Assembly: GCA_035221665.1 (NCBI GenBank)
Contig: CM069134.1
Coordinates: 54,870,001 to 54,934,000, forward strand
Origin: Okamejei kenojei
Lineage: Eukaryota
Reading direction: 5' to 3'
DNA: 64,000 bases
Position numbers and translations under genes: made by a program. The notes below the pieces were generated by a model that did not search any database, was not told the origin of the DNA, and saw nothing but the letters and a program-made list of their open reading frames with translations. Positions 1 through 11,737 of this stretch are shown one piece after another; position 1 is the stretch's first letter, and the number at the start of each line of letters is the position of its first letter.

Positions 1-1932
1 GAAAGAGAAAGAGAAATATTAAGTTTTAAGAGTTTTCTTTTCACTGAACTTAAGCAAAGTATAGATGCCCACAGTGAACCAATTGAATTTGGAAAACTCA
101 AGACCAGAATTGATGAATGGGTCCTAATTGTGAATTGAATTAGGAATTGAATCAATAGGGTTACTGTTAATACATTAGTAAGAACACAGCTCAGCCAAAG
201 CTGAATACTCTTGTGGCGAACTGACATGCATACATATTTCAAGAAGTATTTGGATGTGAATCAGAGCAAGGAACTCCAATCAAGAATGGCTGCATAGGTG
301 CAGCATCAAAGGACTAAGGGCATCTGTTACATCCAGCAACTACTTCAGAAGAGGGGTTGAAAAAAAATATCGAGGAATAAGACTAAATGGATTTGTTCAT
401 GGAATTATGAGATGTTGTAGCTTGGCGATTCTGAGGGAAATAGTCACAAATAATTTTCTTGGCCCGCCTGATGATGTTACACCATGCAGTGCATACACTC
501 TAGAAAAACACTTGAGAAAAGTGCTTTTGTTCTTTCGTGTATACAGTTGCAAGTGACAATGGATAGTAGTTGGAATAGAATAACTGTAATGATAACAAAG
601 CCACAATTTGCCTAAACTCATGCCGTTGAAACCAATACCTGTCTCAATTTGTTTACAACTGCATTAATTCCAAATAGAGAAACCTGCTTGTGTATATTGC
701 TCAATGGAAATCAAAGTACAAATGGCTTGATTGCCAACTTGTGAAGCATAGAATAAACAAATCTCGCAATTATTTCTAAATAAACATTTTTATGCAAATC
801 ACTATAATGCGGCATTTTATTTCAATGGAACCAACTCTCTTTAAATTATTTTCCACTTTACGTGAATCACATACAATGTTAAATGTGTAAGATATATAGT
901 TCAAAGAAAATAAGGCATTTCTGTGCTAAGTGGTTTGGTTGCCATAGGTCTTGGAGAAGCAAATATGGTCTCAGAGATGCCGCAATGAGAGCTTATTTTG
1001 ATTTAATTCTTATTCATTTCTTGTAAAATGTTGGCACTTATTGTTATATAAACTAATCAATAGCTTTATAACATTTTTTTCTATCTAGTTCCATTTCTGT
1101 GTTTGGCATTCCATCGACAACGCACACGTTTGTTATTTTTCCTGAATATTTGCTGGAATGCAGCTGGAGTTTATTTTTCTTCTGAAGTGGCAGGAAAGGA
1201 AATCTGGAAAAATCAAGCTCATATGTCATTAGCAATTACGTGGCTGGTGTGTGTGGTACTGATGACAGTTTAACATACTGTCAGGTTCATTTTCTCTCTC
1301 GGCCCAGGGGAGTGGATAAACAACATAACATTTGCTACCCGACATGATAGGCAATGGCAAGACATCCAAAATTTCATCGTTCATTCCACCTCCTTCCTCT
1401 GACTAAATATGTTAGGAAATAACACACCCCAAGGAGGAGACTGCACCATTTAACTAAAAGGAACTCCATGAAAGATTTGCCTCCAAGTAAGTGAGAGAGT
1501 GATATTAAATTTAGAGTCCCTTAATTGAAGTTTGAAAGCCTGCGCCAAAGAATGAATTGGATGATGTAATTACAGAATGCCTTAATCGGCTCACTTCAAC
1601 TCTCCAGTTTATAACATAGTTGAGCCATTGGTGCAGTTAATTTATGTAAACTGTACAGGAGCAGTTATCATAGCCCAATTAACAACTGAAAGAATTGTTT
1701 ATTGAGTACGCATTTTGAAAACCAATAGCTTTTATTTATCGTTTAAATTGTAGATGATGCCCAAACTCAGATTGCAGATCAACCCGATCACAAACATACA
1801 AATCTGAAAGGCTTTTTTGGATTAAGGAAATAGTTATGATGTAGCCAGCTAGTGTCTGCTCAAATGCCATCCTGAAAGAAGGATATATCAGTGTTCACGG
1901 AAAATAAATTTTGAATCAAATATATATATGTA

Positions 1933-2770
1933 TCAATATACTTATAAAACTCTGATCTGATCTTTTGTTTGTTTGCTTGTGAATCATCAAAAGACTCTGA
2001 ATTAAAAACGATTGACTTTCGCTGTTGATGTCACAATGGGTCTGCTCAGTGCCATCTCACAAACAGAATCTTTCATGCACTTCGATGACGTTACCCCCCG
2101 GGTTATTCAAAAGACACCGTGAATTGGAAATCCCAGCTCCAAAAGGCAGCGGACACCCGGAAATCCCAGCTTCAAAAGGCAGCAAATACCCCCCGGTGTC
2201 TTCTCCCTGTCTCTGCCCTCTCCTTGTCCCAGCCCTCTCTCTGTCCCCTGCCCTCTCTGTCCTGCCCTCTCTATCCCTGCCCTCTCCGTGTCTCTGCCCT
2301 CTCTCTGTCTCTTCCCTCTCCCTTTCTCTGCCCTTTCTCTGACTCTGCCCTCTCTCTGTCTCTGCCCTCTCTCTCTTTGCACTCTCTGCTCTCTCTGCCT
2401 CTCTCTCTGCCCACTCTCCTCCCTCACTCTCTCTCTCTGCCCTCTCCCTGCCCTTTCTCTCTCTCTGCCCTCTCTCTCTCTCTGCCCTCACTCAGCCCTC
2501 TATCTCTCTGCCCTCTCTCTCTACCCCCTCCCTCTCCCTCTCTAGCCATGCCTGTGCAGTTGGGGGCTAAGCGTGAGTGGATAGGGTGGGGGATGGGGTA
2601 AAAGGAGCCAATGAATAATATTAATACAATATCAAGAGGGGGGGGGGGTTAGTGTGTGTGTGGTGGGTGGATAGTGTGTGTGTGTGGGGGTGGTTAGTGT
2701 GAGTGTGTGACGCCGCAGGCCGCCCCCCCCCACCCCCCGGCAACCCCCCAACGGGTCCCACTTGTTCTAG
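1933..2770 (+). mobile_element. Non-autonomous Helitron (copy H1) with an internal (CTCTCTGCC)n tract
   Basis: Begins A|TC (atcaatatacttataaaactctgatc) and ends aacgggtcccacttgttCTAG|T at 2767-2771. The 3' end is homologous to the hairpin+CTAG end at 57699-57727. No TSD, as expected for Helitrons. Confidence 0.7.
2205..2542. repeat. Polypyrimidine low-complexity/minisatellite tract (CTCTCTGCC-like units)
   Basis: Directly visible; it accounts for the Arg/Glu- and Ser/Leu-rich ORFs at 2025-2601. Confidence 0.95.
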
Positions 2771-4942
2771 TACTAATTAAAACTCTGATCCTGTTAGTGT
2801 GTATATGTGTATATGTGTGTGTATATGTGGTTGTCTTTACATCTTCGCAAAAACACTATGTGGTATTGATTCCATTTATACATATTCCGGTTGACATTTT
2901 TCCCGTCGAGGCCGAGATCACCTTATCTGAACATTTTATGCTTTATTACTCGACTTATTCTTGACTTATTACTGATTAAAAGTCTAAAAAATTCAAAAGA
3001 CTTTAAAATTAAAACCACCAGCTTCTGGAATGGCACTTCCAAATTTTAGGATATATTTCTATGCAGCCCAACTTCGACCACTAATTAATTGGTGTGAGGA
3101 CAGCTATATAGCTAGGTGGAAAGAGATTGAGACAGATATCCCTGACTTCCACATCCAAACACTTTTGGGAGAAAAAGCGCTTCCTGGACATATCAGGAGC
3201 ATAATCGATCCAATAACGATATTTACTTTAAAAACCTAGTTCACGCTTACCAGACATCTTAAACTGAATAAACGACAAAAAGTTTTAAGATGGATAGCTT
3301 TGGATAATGAATTTAAACCAGGGATGTATGACCAGTGGATGAAGAAAGGAATGACTGCATTTTGTACTGTTATTGAAAATGGAGACCTAAGAAGTTTTCA
3401 AGATTTGAAGGATAGATTTGCACTTCCGAACCAAGACTTGTTTAGATACCTCCAACTGAGAGATTATTACAATAAAAAGGTAAAAAGGGAGGCACTGGAA
3501 AAGAATCCAGTGATAGAAGTGATAGTTAGTGCGCATCTTCAAGAAACATTAAGGATTATTTCTAAACTTTATCATAGTTTAATGGAATGTCAAGCTAAAA
3601 CTACATTTTATGTAAAATTTAAGTGGGAAAAGGAATTGAACATTACGATCTCAGAAGAAGAATGGCATCATATGTGTGTAACACTACAGACATCCACCAA
3701 TTCACAACATTGGAGAGAATTTAATTGGAAACATTTGATTCATTTCTTTATTACGCCTAACACAAAAAGCAAGCAAATTCTAAGGCAGCAAACATTCTGG
3801 AGGCAATGTGGCCAAACAGACGCAAACCATGCACATATCTTCTGGAGTTGCCCAAAAATAGAACCATTTTGGGACAGAGTGAATTCAGAATTAACGGAGG
3901 TATTAGGATATATAGTCTGCAAGAAGTGTTCCATTTTATACCTGGATAATATAAATACAGTGGTGCTGAAGGAAAACCATTACTTGGTTAAAATCCTACT
4001 CACAGCTGGCAGAAAGGCCATTACAAGAAACTGGCTTGACACACCCAGACTTAGACAATGGTTAGACATAGTACAGGAAATATTTGTCATGGAGAAAATG
4101 ACATATTCTCTAAGAGTGAAAGAAGACGAATTTAAAAGAAAATGGGAAAAATGGATTAGGTATAGAAATAAAGACATCAACACTGTATAATTTTATAGAC
4201 AATAATGTAAGTTATTGGAAATGTTTTAATATGAAAATAGTTCTGTATACTGCATCATTAATTGTAAACTGAACCCCTCGCTACACTGTTGTACGTTTCA
4301 TTGTAATGTTGTATGTTTTGTTGTTATATTTGTGTTTTATTTGTGTATACATAAAAGCAATAAAAACTAAAGTAAAAAAAAACCACCAGCTTCAAATGAT
4401 GACATCACAATGGCTCAGCTAGCAGTGAAAAGCCTCAGTGAAAATTTCATCCTATATTTGACACGTTAATCATGATTAAAGCTTTAAAAATGCCAACCAC
4501 ACGATTTTTACATATACTGATTCATATTTTTCCCCTCGAGGCAGAGATCACTTTCACTGAACATTTTATGCGTTATTTCTCAACATTACTGATTAAAGTA
4601 AAAAAAAATCAAAATCTTCAATTTCAAACCCACCATGCTTCAACTGATGACGTCACAATGGCTCAACTAGCAGGGGGAGGGCGAATTGCTATTGCAACGC
4701 GCAGGGCAAGTGCAATTGGAATTTTTTTTAAAGATCACTGCTGAGGAAGGCAAGGGGATTGCTGGAATCTTACGTTCGGGAACGGCTTTAGTTGGAGGAC
4801 CACGCCTCATGTGGGGGCTACGGGTAGGGAACGGGTGCGTTGGGGGAGCAGACTAGATATATATATATACACATGTTCTCTCTTTCTCTCTCTAGATATA
4901 CAAATATATATATATATACCAGACCAAGTGCAGACCCGTTGG
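2771..4942 (+). mobile_element. Non-autonomous Helitron (copy H2), interrupted by L1, with an inverted 3' end
   Basis: 5' part taattaaaactctgatc resembles H1. Internal duplicated blocks (about 2880-3025 vs 4510-4670) are homologous to 57130-57440. The 3' hairpin end lies in inverted orientation at 4854-4942. Confidence 0.65.
3026..4378 (+). mobile_element. 5'-truncated L1 LINE (ORF2 C-terminal part, pseudogenised)
   Basis: ORFs 3030-3239 and 3300-4190 carry L1 ORF2 motifs (LPNFRIYFYAAQ; degenerate zinc knuckle WRQC..HAHIFWSC). AATAAA at 4359-4364, A-tail, and a 15-bp TSD aaaaccaccagcttc at 3011-3025 and 4379-4393, at a canonical TT|AAAA site. Confidence 0.93.
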
Positions 4943-5744
4943 CCTACCTATGATCCCTTTGAGCAAATTTGTGATCAAAATCGACCAAAATATGACCAAA
5001 ATTTAATACTTAAAAAATTTGAAAAAAAAGTGAAAATATATATTTATAAGACATATAAGACATATGCGACACTATCTCTTATACTGATTTCTAAGGTCTC
5101 TTACAAACTGTCGGCACCTAACCCACCACAAGGCCCTTAGTTCCAAGGTCATTATAATTCCGTTGTTTGAATTTTAAAAAAAAATCTCGACGAGTGAAAA
5201 AAAATCCGTTGAAGCATTGATGACTTTAGACACCGGGAGGAACTACAGAATGAGATATCGATAAAATAGGTGAGCAAACTAGATTTTTATTTCATGATTT
5301 CAAGTTCTATTCATTATTAAGTATTTCAATGGAATTAATAATAAAAAAAGAAACAATAAGTATAAAAATGGTTACTCTACTTTTAATTCACACATTTCAC
5401 ACTTGGCCAAACTTACGTTCTTCTGCAAAAACTAGGGGCATCAGAAAACCATCTAATCAGGTGATAAATGATAAAAATCACAAGCGTAATCAGTATTTTG
5501 CTTATATAGATTTACATAAAATTAATGTAATCTTTCTGGTATAGATTAGCCTAAGGATTTCCTGCTTGAAAAATCTCACAAAAATAGGCAAGAAAACACA
5601 GGGACATATCTGATATTTTCTTTGTAAAAACAGATTTATTTATTTTTGCTCCATCTCATTATTTTGGCTGTACGCCATGATCTATACTACTTAAAATACA
5701 GGATGAAACAATGGGAATATTACATTTAAAAACCAGGAAAATAA

Positions 5745-5916
5745 AGACACAAAGTGCTGGAGTAACTCAGCGGGTCAGACATCCTCTTTGGAGAACACGG
5801 ATAGGCGACATTTCAAGTCTGAACCATCTATGCATGTTCTTCTGACTCGCTGAGTTACTCCAGCACTTTGTGTCTTTTTTACTTGGTAAACCAGAATCTG
5901 CAGTTCCTTGTGTCTA
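5745..5916. mobile_element. Penelope pLTR-derived inverted-repeat (foldback) remnant
   Basis: gacacaaagtgctggagtaactcagcg...cgctgagttactccagcactttgtgtc, followed by the pLTR tail ccagaatctgcagttcc. Confidence 0.8.
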
Positions 5917-5989
5917 TACTCATTGCACTCAGTCGTTTGAATCCATCATGTTCTTGATCTGTTCCATCTGTTGAATCTATCTGTTGTTG

Positions 5990-6108
5990 ATAGGCAGGAG
6001 AATGCGGTTAGGAGGGAGAGATAGATCAGCCATGATTGAATTGCAAAGTAGACGATGGGCCGAATTGCCTAATTCTACTCCTATTCCTTATGACCTTATG
6101 ACATGACC
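5990..6108 (+). mobile_element. CR1 (HER1-like) LINE 3' end
   Basis: gatgggccgaattgcctaattctactcc plus a (tatgac)n tail; homologous to other CR1 3' ends in the window. Confidence 0.75.
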
Positions 6109-6454
6109 ATCATAGATAGTCATGAGCATGTTCATGGTGAATTCACCTCATGTTGGTTGCCTGGCTCTCTGCCACCTTAGTAGTTTCATGTTGTCTTGCC
6201 TCTGATCCATATGATAGAGAATACAAGTTCCATGGTTGCAACCCATTCCTACTATCATCTGGATGTTAATTGCCAGCTATCAGTCTTTAAAAATGTATTT
6301 CGATTGGTAAATGAGCAAAATACATTGCCATTCCTCAGTGCCATGACACTCAGGGAAAAAAGTAAGCCTGCACCTTTGCACAGATGGAAAAGCTTTGGGC
6401 CGAGATATAGATTAAAACTGTTATATTCCTGTAAGGGTGTGTGCAAACTTTAAA

Positions 6455-6790
6455 GACAATAAGACATTAGCAGAATTTGACCATTTAGGCCATCTAGTCT
6501 GTTCCACCATTTGATCATGGTTGATCAATTTTCCCCTCTCAACCACATTCTCCTGCCTTCTCCCCGTAACCTTTGAAACCCTTACCAATCAATCTCCACT
6601 TTAAAAATACCCAATGATGGTCTCCACCATTATGATTTCCACAGATACACCACCCTTTTGACTGAAGGAATTCCTCCTCATCTCCATTCTAAAGGTACTT
6701 CCTATGTTGAGGCTGTGCCTTTGCTCCTAGACTCATCCACTGTTGGAAACATCCTCTCGACATCAATTCTATCAAGTCCTTTCTTTATTC
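6455..6790 (-). mobile_element. CR1 LINE 3' fragment
   Basis: Homologous to 43577-43990 and 42353-42500 in the same orientation. Confidence 0.75.
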
Positions 6791-7124
6791 ATTAAATAGT
6801 TCTTAATTTCATTAAAGACCCAAAATAAGTTTAAAGGTTGATTTTCCCTCAATTGTTCTTCTGAATTAAAACAAACTAATCGTGCATTGCAAATTTTCAC
6901 AAAAGGGATAATGATTAGTCCATTTTGAAGAGCATAATATCATGGACATGGTGTAATATAGAATTTTGCTTTTAATGAGAATTTACGAAAACATTTCTAA
7001 ACAAATGCAATATTCCAGCTAATAGCAATATAAAGTGGGCTCCGCTAAAGCTATGATTTACAATCAAGGTAGATTCTTGTACCCCGGGATAGGGTTTTAC
7101 AGTGATAAAGACATAGACCTGATG

Positions 7125-7838
7125 AAGGGACCCAAGCAGTCCTTCCAAGTCCGACAGAGGTTCACCTGCACCTCCTCCAACCTCATCTACTGCATCCGCT
7201 GCTCCAGATGCCAGATGATCTATATCGGTGAGACCAAGCGGAGGCTTGGCGATCGTTTCGCCGAACACCTCCGCTCGGTCCGTATTAACCAACCCGACCT
7301 CCCAGTGGCTCAGCACTTCAACACCCCCTCCCATTCCGTATCCGACCTCTCGGTCCTGGGCCTCCTCCACGGCCAGAGTGAGCAACACTGCAAGTTGGAG
7401 GAACAGCACCTCATATTCCGCTTGGGGAGTCTGCTTCCTTTGGGCTTGAACATTGAATTTTCTCAATTCTGTTAACCCTTGCTGTCTCCTTCCCTTCCCA
7501 CCTCTCCCTCAGCCCTCGGACCCTGGCATTCCCTCTCTCTCTATCTCCCTCCCCCACCCGAGTCGCACCAGCTTCTCATTTTCACACCACAAACAGCTTA
7601 CAATGGCTTGCTCCCTTTATCATTGATACTTTTTTGCATATCTTTCATTCATTGTTCTTTATCTCTCCACATCACCGTTTATATCTCTCGTTTCCCTGAT
7701 CCCTGACCAGTCTGAAGAAGGGTCTCGACCCGAAACGTCGCCTATCTCCTTCGCTCCTTAGATGCTGCTGCACCCGCTGAGTTTCTCCAGCCTTTTGTGT
7801 ACCCTCGATTCCCCAGCATCTGCAGTTCCTTCTTTAAC
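7125..7838 (+). mobile_element. 5'-truncated Penelope-like element: GIY-YIG endonuclease domain plus pLTR
   Basis: Translation FTCTSSNLIYCIRCSRC..IYIGET.RRL..RF.EH..VAQHFN..GLN is a PLE GIY-YIG domain. The pLTR with hammerhead motif is at 7712-7838. 10-bp TSD agacctgatg at 7115-7124 and 7839-7848. Confidence 0.93.
7712..7739 (+). ncRNA. Minimal hammerhead ribozyme motif in Penelope pLTR (identical copy at 16564-16591)
   Basis: CUGAAGA-A-[GGGU CUCG ACCC]-GAAA-CGUC: conserved core boxes, stem II, palindromic ACGU stem III and a GUC cleavage triplet. Activity is untested. Confidence 0.65.
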
Positions 7839-8493
7839 AGACCTGATGTGTCACTTCTATTGTGCTTATGTAAACATTATCAGAGTTTACCTGATGCAAT
7901 GCAGCTCAGTCCTGTGTAAAACAATGGGGCTAAGCATATTTAATAGAATGGAAATTACCCTTGATATCATTCCCTAGATTAGAGATGGTTTGAAGTCTCA
8001 CCTAGGAACAATCCTAATTTCCATTAAGTCTATAGAAAACACTTGAGGTACTTTATTGTTTTTCTAGGTAATCAACATGGTAATGCTTTCAATAAAAGAA
8101 GGAATAGTGCTGTAAAAAAGTGTCTTTCAACTTCTAAAGATTGATTTACACAAAATAAGATAGGGAAATTCTGTGTGCCTTCTCTACACTTACATTGATG
8201 CTTGGGAACTGCCTTGTTTGTACACCAATAAGCAAAGTAGGTTCACACAAGATAGCCTGTGAAAGTATGCTTTCATTATTTCAATCACATCCCCAAGAAT
8301 TGACTGTGAAGTGTAAATATCAAAAAAAGTGAATCTTATTGAATGCAGAGATGGAATCTTCAATCACTCTGAAATCAATGAATTTTCCACAAACATCACC
8401 TACCGATGTTCTCCAGAGATGCTGCCTGACCTGCTGAGGTACTCCAGATCTTTGTGCACTTTTATGTATTATCAAGCATCTGTGCTTCCTTGG

Positions 8494-8812
8494 TTAGTTT
8501 AGTTTAGAGTTTAGTTTAGGGATACAGCACTGAAACAGGCCTTTTGGCCTACCGAGTCCACGCCGGTCAGCTATCCACATTCACTAATACTATCCCTACA
8601 TACACTCTGGACATTTTACAATTTTGCCAACCAATTAACCTACAATCCTGCATATCTTTGGACTGTGGGAGGAAACTGGAGCCCTCAGAGAAAACCCAAA
8701 CAGATCATGGGGAGAACGTACAAACTCCATACAAACAGCACCCGTAGACAGGATCAAATCTGGGTCGCTGGCACTGTAAGGCAGCAACTCTATCGCTGCA
8801 CCACCGTGCCAC
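8494..8812 (-). mobile_element. tRNA-derived V-SINE (HE1-like)
   Basis: Reverse complement has a tRNA head with A/B boxes, the V-domain (ggagtttgtacgttctcccc...ggtttcctcccaca), a CR1-type tail and (taaac)n. Confidence 0.85.
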
Positions 8813-8964
8813 CTTTTAAAATGTATTTAATAGTTTCTACTTATATACTTTAAGGGATAATGTTTCCATTAGAAGGAACATTGGATCAACTTTTCAGAAA
8901 GAAAAACAAAGTGCTAGAAATGCACAACAGATTAGGACAGCTCTGCAAAACGGCAAGAAATGAA

Positions 8965-9262
8965 ATTAAATCTTGGAAAACTTTATTGTCATTCAGAAAC
9001 GAAACTTCGTTGCCTGCAGTCATACACATAGTAAATAACAAAAACACGCAAAAATAAACACTCACAGACACCTCCTCACTGTGGTGGAAGGCAAAATCTT
9101 GTCTTTGTCTCTTCCCTTCTTCCTCTTCCTCTTCCTCTGCGCTGACGTCCCGGGTCTCCGATGTTGTGACCAAAACCTGAAGTCCCATTACAGCTCCGAG
9201 TCGGGCCGCTGGAACGCCTGAACCCGCCGCAGCCCCGAAGTCCTGGCTGGCTCTACCTCCGG
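8965..9262 (-). mobile_element. Rex1/Babar-derived non-autonomous element, 3' part
   Basis: Shares gccttccaYcacagtgag and the gaatgacaataaag tail with 49379-50347. Confidence 0.65.
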
Positions 9263-9931
9263 AATGCATTTGTCTTAAATACAGAGCATGCATTCATTCT
9301 ATAGAACAACATTTGTCTTTTCCCCTTTCCCTTTATAAAGCTGAGTTAATGCAGAACTTGCCCAGCATTTTTATTTTTAAACACAGATTTCAGCAGCTGT
9401 AAATTTTACTTTTCCTAAACTTTTTTGTTTGGAATATTAATGGAGTACTTAAGTGAAAGATGTGGAAAAACTGGAAAATAAAACCTTTTTGTGGTATTGT
9501 AGACCATTTAAGGACAAATTACATAATAAAGTGGCAGATCTCATTCAATGATGACTATTTACAATTAGGCACAAAGTGAAAAGAAACATTTTTGCATGTT
9601 GAAGAGAACAAAACATTTATGCCAACATCACAGAATGTCGAATGGAGGTTTTAGCTCTGAATTTAGAAAATATGATATGAACGGAACTGTTAATTTTGAT
9701 TAGAATAATTGTCATGAAATGCTTACAGTGGTAAACAGAAAGTGAACTATACAGATTTAGCACTTCTTACTAAACACAGATACGGTGTGAATAGTGGAGC
9801 TGTACGATGCTTAGACGTAGCAGGCAATACTACTAAACTTGTTTGATAGGTTGTATCTTGTTTATTTTTTTGTCCATCTAAGGTGAAGTTCTGAGAGTTT
9901 TCCGTCATGACCAAAGGTAAAGTTAATAGAT

Positions 9932-10302
9932 GACGGTGGCGCAGCAGTGGAGTTGCTGCCTTACAGCGCCAGAGACCTGGGTTTGATCCTGACTACGGGT
10001 GTTGTCTGTACGGAGTTTGTACGTTCTCCCCGTAATCCCATGGGTTTTCCCCAGGTGCTTGGGTTTCCTCCCACACTCCAAAGTCCTGCAGGTTTCTAGG
10101 TTACACAAAAAGCTGGAGAAACTCAGCGGGTGCAGCAGCATCTAAGGAGCGAAGGAGATAGGCGACGTTTCGGGTCGGGACCCTTCTAGGTTAATTGGCT
10201 TCTGTAAGAATTGTAGATAGTTCTCGGAGTGTGTAGGATAGTGCTAGTCGGCGCGGACCGGTGGGCAGAAGGGCCTGTTTTTCTTCTGTATCTCTAAACT
10301 AA
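9932..10302 (+). mobile_element. V-SINE (HE1-like) interrupted by a Penelope pLTR piece at 10104-10183
   Basis: SINE head acggtggcgcagcagtggagttgctgcc; the insert is flanked by the duplication ttctaggtta (10094-10103 and 10184-10193). Confidence 0.85.
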
Positions 10303-10749
10303 CGATGACTTCTAAATGTGTTAAACAAATTGTAATAAAGTAAGATACTACATTTAAATGGCATTTCTCTACTTCCAAGCACTCTTACATCAGAAGCTTT
10401 TAATTCTCAGTTAACTGTGTCCATCTCATTTTCTGTGTTTCTGCACAAACCATTCTTCCTCCCTCCTGGAAGCCTAGTATTATCATTCTATATCCTCATC
10501 TTTCACCTCCGCAACATTTGCATTCAATAGATGATGTGTCATACATCTGCTGCTGCTCCCTGTCTGATCCTACAACCTCTGCAATGTGATTCTTCCTGCT
10601 TTCCATGACACCTTGATCCATTCTATTCGCACTTCCAACATCTCCTCTCCAAATTATCCATGGAGATAAAATGTGTATCACTGCTGCGCGATTGATATGC
10701 AGTGCTCAATGTGATAATGCCTTGCAATACCTTCCCAGGTTAAGGCAGA

Positions 10750-11178
10750 TGTGTAGAAACAAGGAACTGCAGATGCTGGTTTACCAAAAAAAGGCATCAA
10801 GTGCTGGAGTAACTCAACAGGGCAGGCAGCATTCCTGGGAAACATTGAGAAGTGTCTTTTGGGATGGGATCCATCTGTTGCATATCTATGTTCTCCAGGG
10901 ATGCTGCCTGACCCACTGAGTTACTTCAAAACCTTATGTATTTTATTTATTCAACGATTCAATGATACTTTATTGTCACATGTTCCTAGGTACAGTGAAA
11001 TGATTTGTGTAGGAACGAAATGCAGATGCTAGTTTAAACCAAAGATAAACACAAAAAGCTGGAGTAACTCAGCGGGACAGGTAGCATCTCTGGAGAGAAG
11101 GAATGATTGATGTTTTGGTGTCCAGACATTACTTCTCTCCAAAGACGAGTTACTCCAGCTTTTTGTGTTTATCTTCAG
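10750..11178. mobile_element. Two Penelope pLTR-derived foldback remnants (10750-10940, 11008-11178)
   Basis: aggaactgcagatgctgg...gctggagtaactca...gagttactccagc inverted arms. Confidence 0.75.
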
Positions 11179-11737
11179 TGAAGTGATTTGTTTTGCATAC
11201 AATCCGGAAAATCATACAGCAGACCTCACCTAGGCAGCACACAAGAGTCGCCATGTTTCTGGCGCCAACAAAGTTCCACCAAGTTCATTGTGTGGCTTCT
11301 CCACAAGACTGTGCTGCAACTCCTCCACAGCCATCGGAACTTATCATGATGGTAGTCCCTAGGACAGGTTGTGCAGTCGATGGGCAATGACTGTTGCGCT
11401 TCTAGTCTGGGTATTCTGCTGCGGGGAGGCAAGTTCTCAATTCACCAAAGTCAGAGGGATGGTTGGTGTTGCTTTTACATGGCAGATATAATGCATTGTA
11501 ATGCTCCGCTCCAGCTGATCATTGTGCATGTTTCGCCTTTGTGGAGTGAGGGGCTGGCCATCTTCCAGCAGCTCCCATCGCTGCTAGTGATGTCCTGGCC
11601 AGTAACTTTGGCCGATGACGTCAACTGTAGCATTGATATGCAGGAAGGCCTGCAGATGGTGATGTACACCAAAGATGGACACAAAAGGCTGGAGTAACTC
11701 ACCGGTTCAGGCAGCATCACTAGAGAAAATGCTGCCA

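Noticed and set aside
2025-2601. Overlapping 85-160 aa ORFs
   Set aside because: Translations of a CT-rich low-complexity tract that lacks stop codons.
4945-5676. Possible DNA transposon remnant ending ...ttggctgtacgcc
   Set aside because: No matching opposite terminus or convincing TSD found; cannot be supported.
7035-7124. N-terminal 30 aa of the 146-aa GIY-YIG ORF as a domesticated fusion gene
   Set aside because: It lies outside the TSD-defined insertion, starts at GTG, and is a chance open frame in flanking DNA.
11358-11660. Possible old RTE fragment on the minus strand
   Set aside because: The similarity (PSCISMLQL...) is too weak to support by eye.
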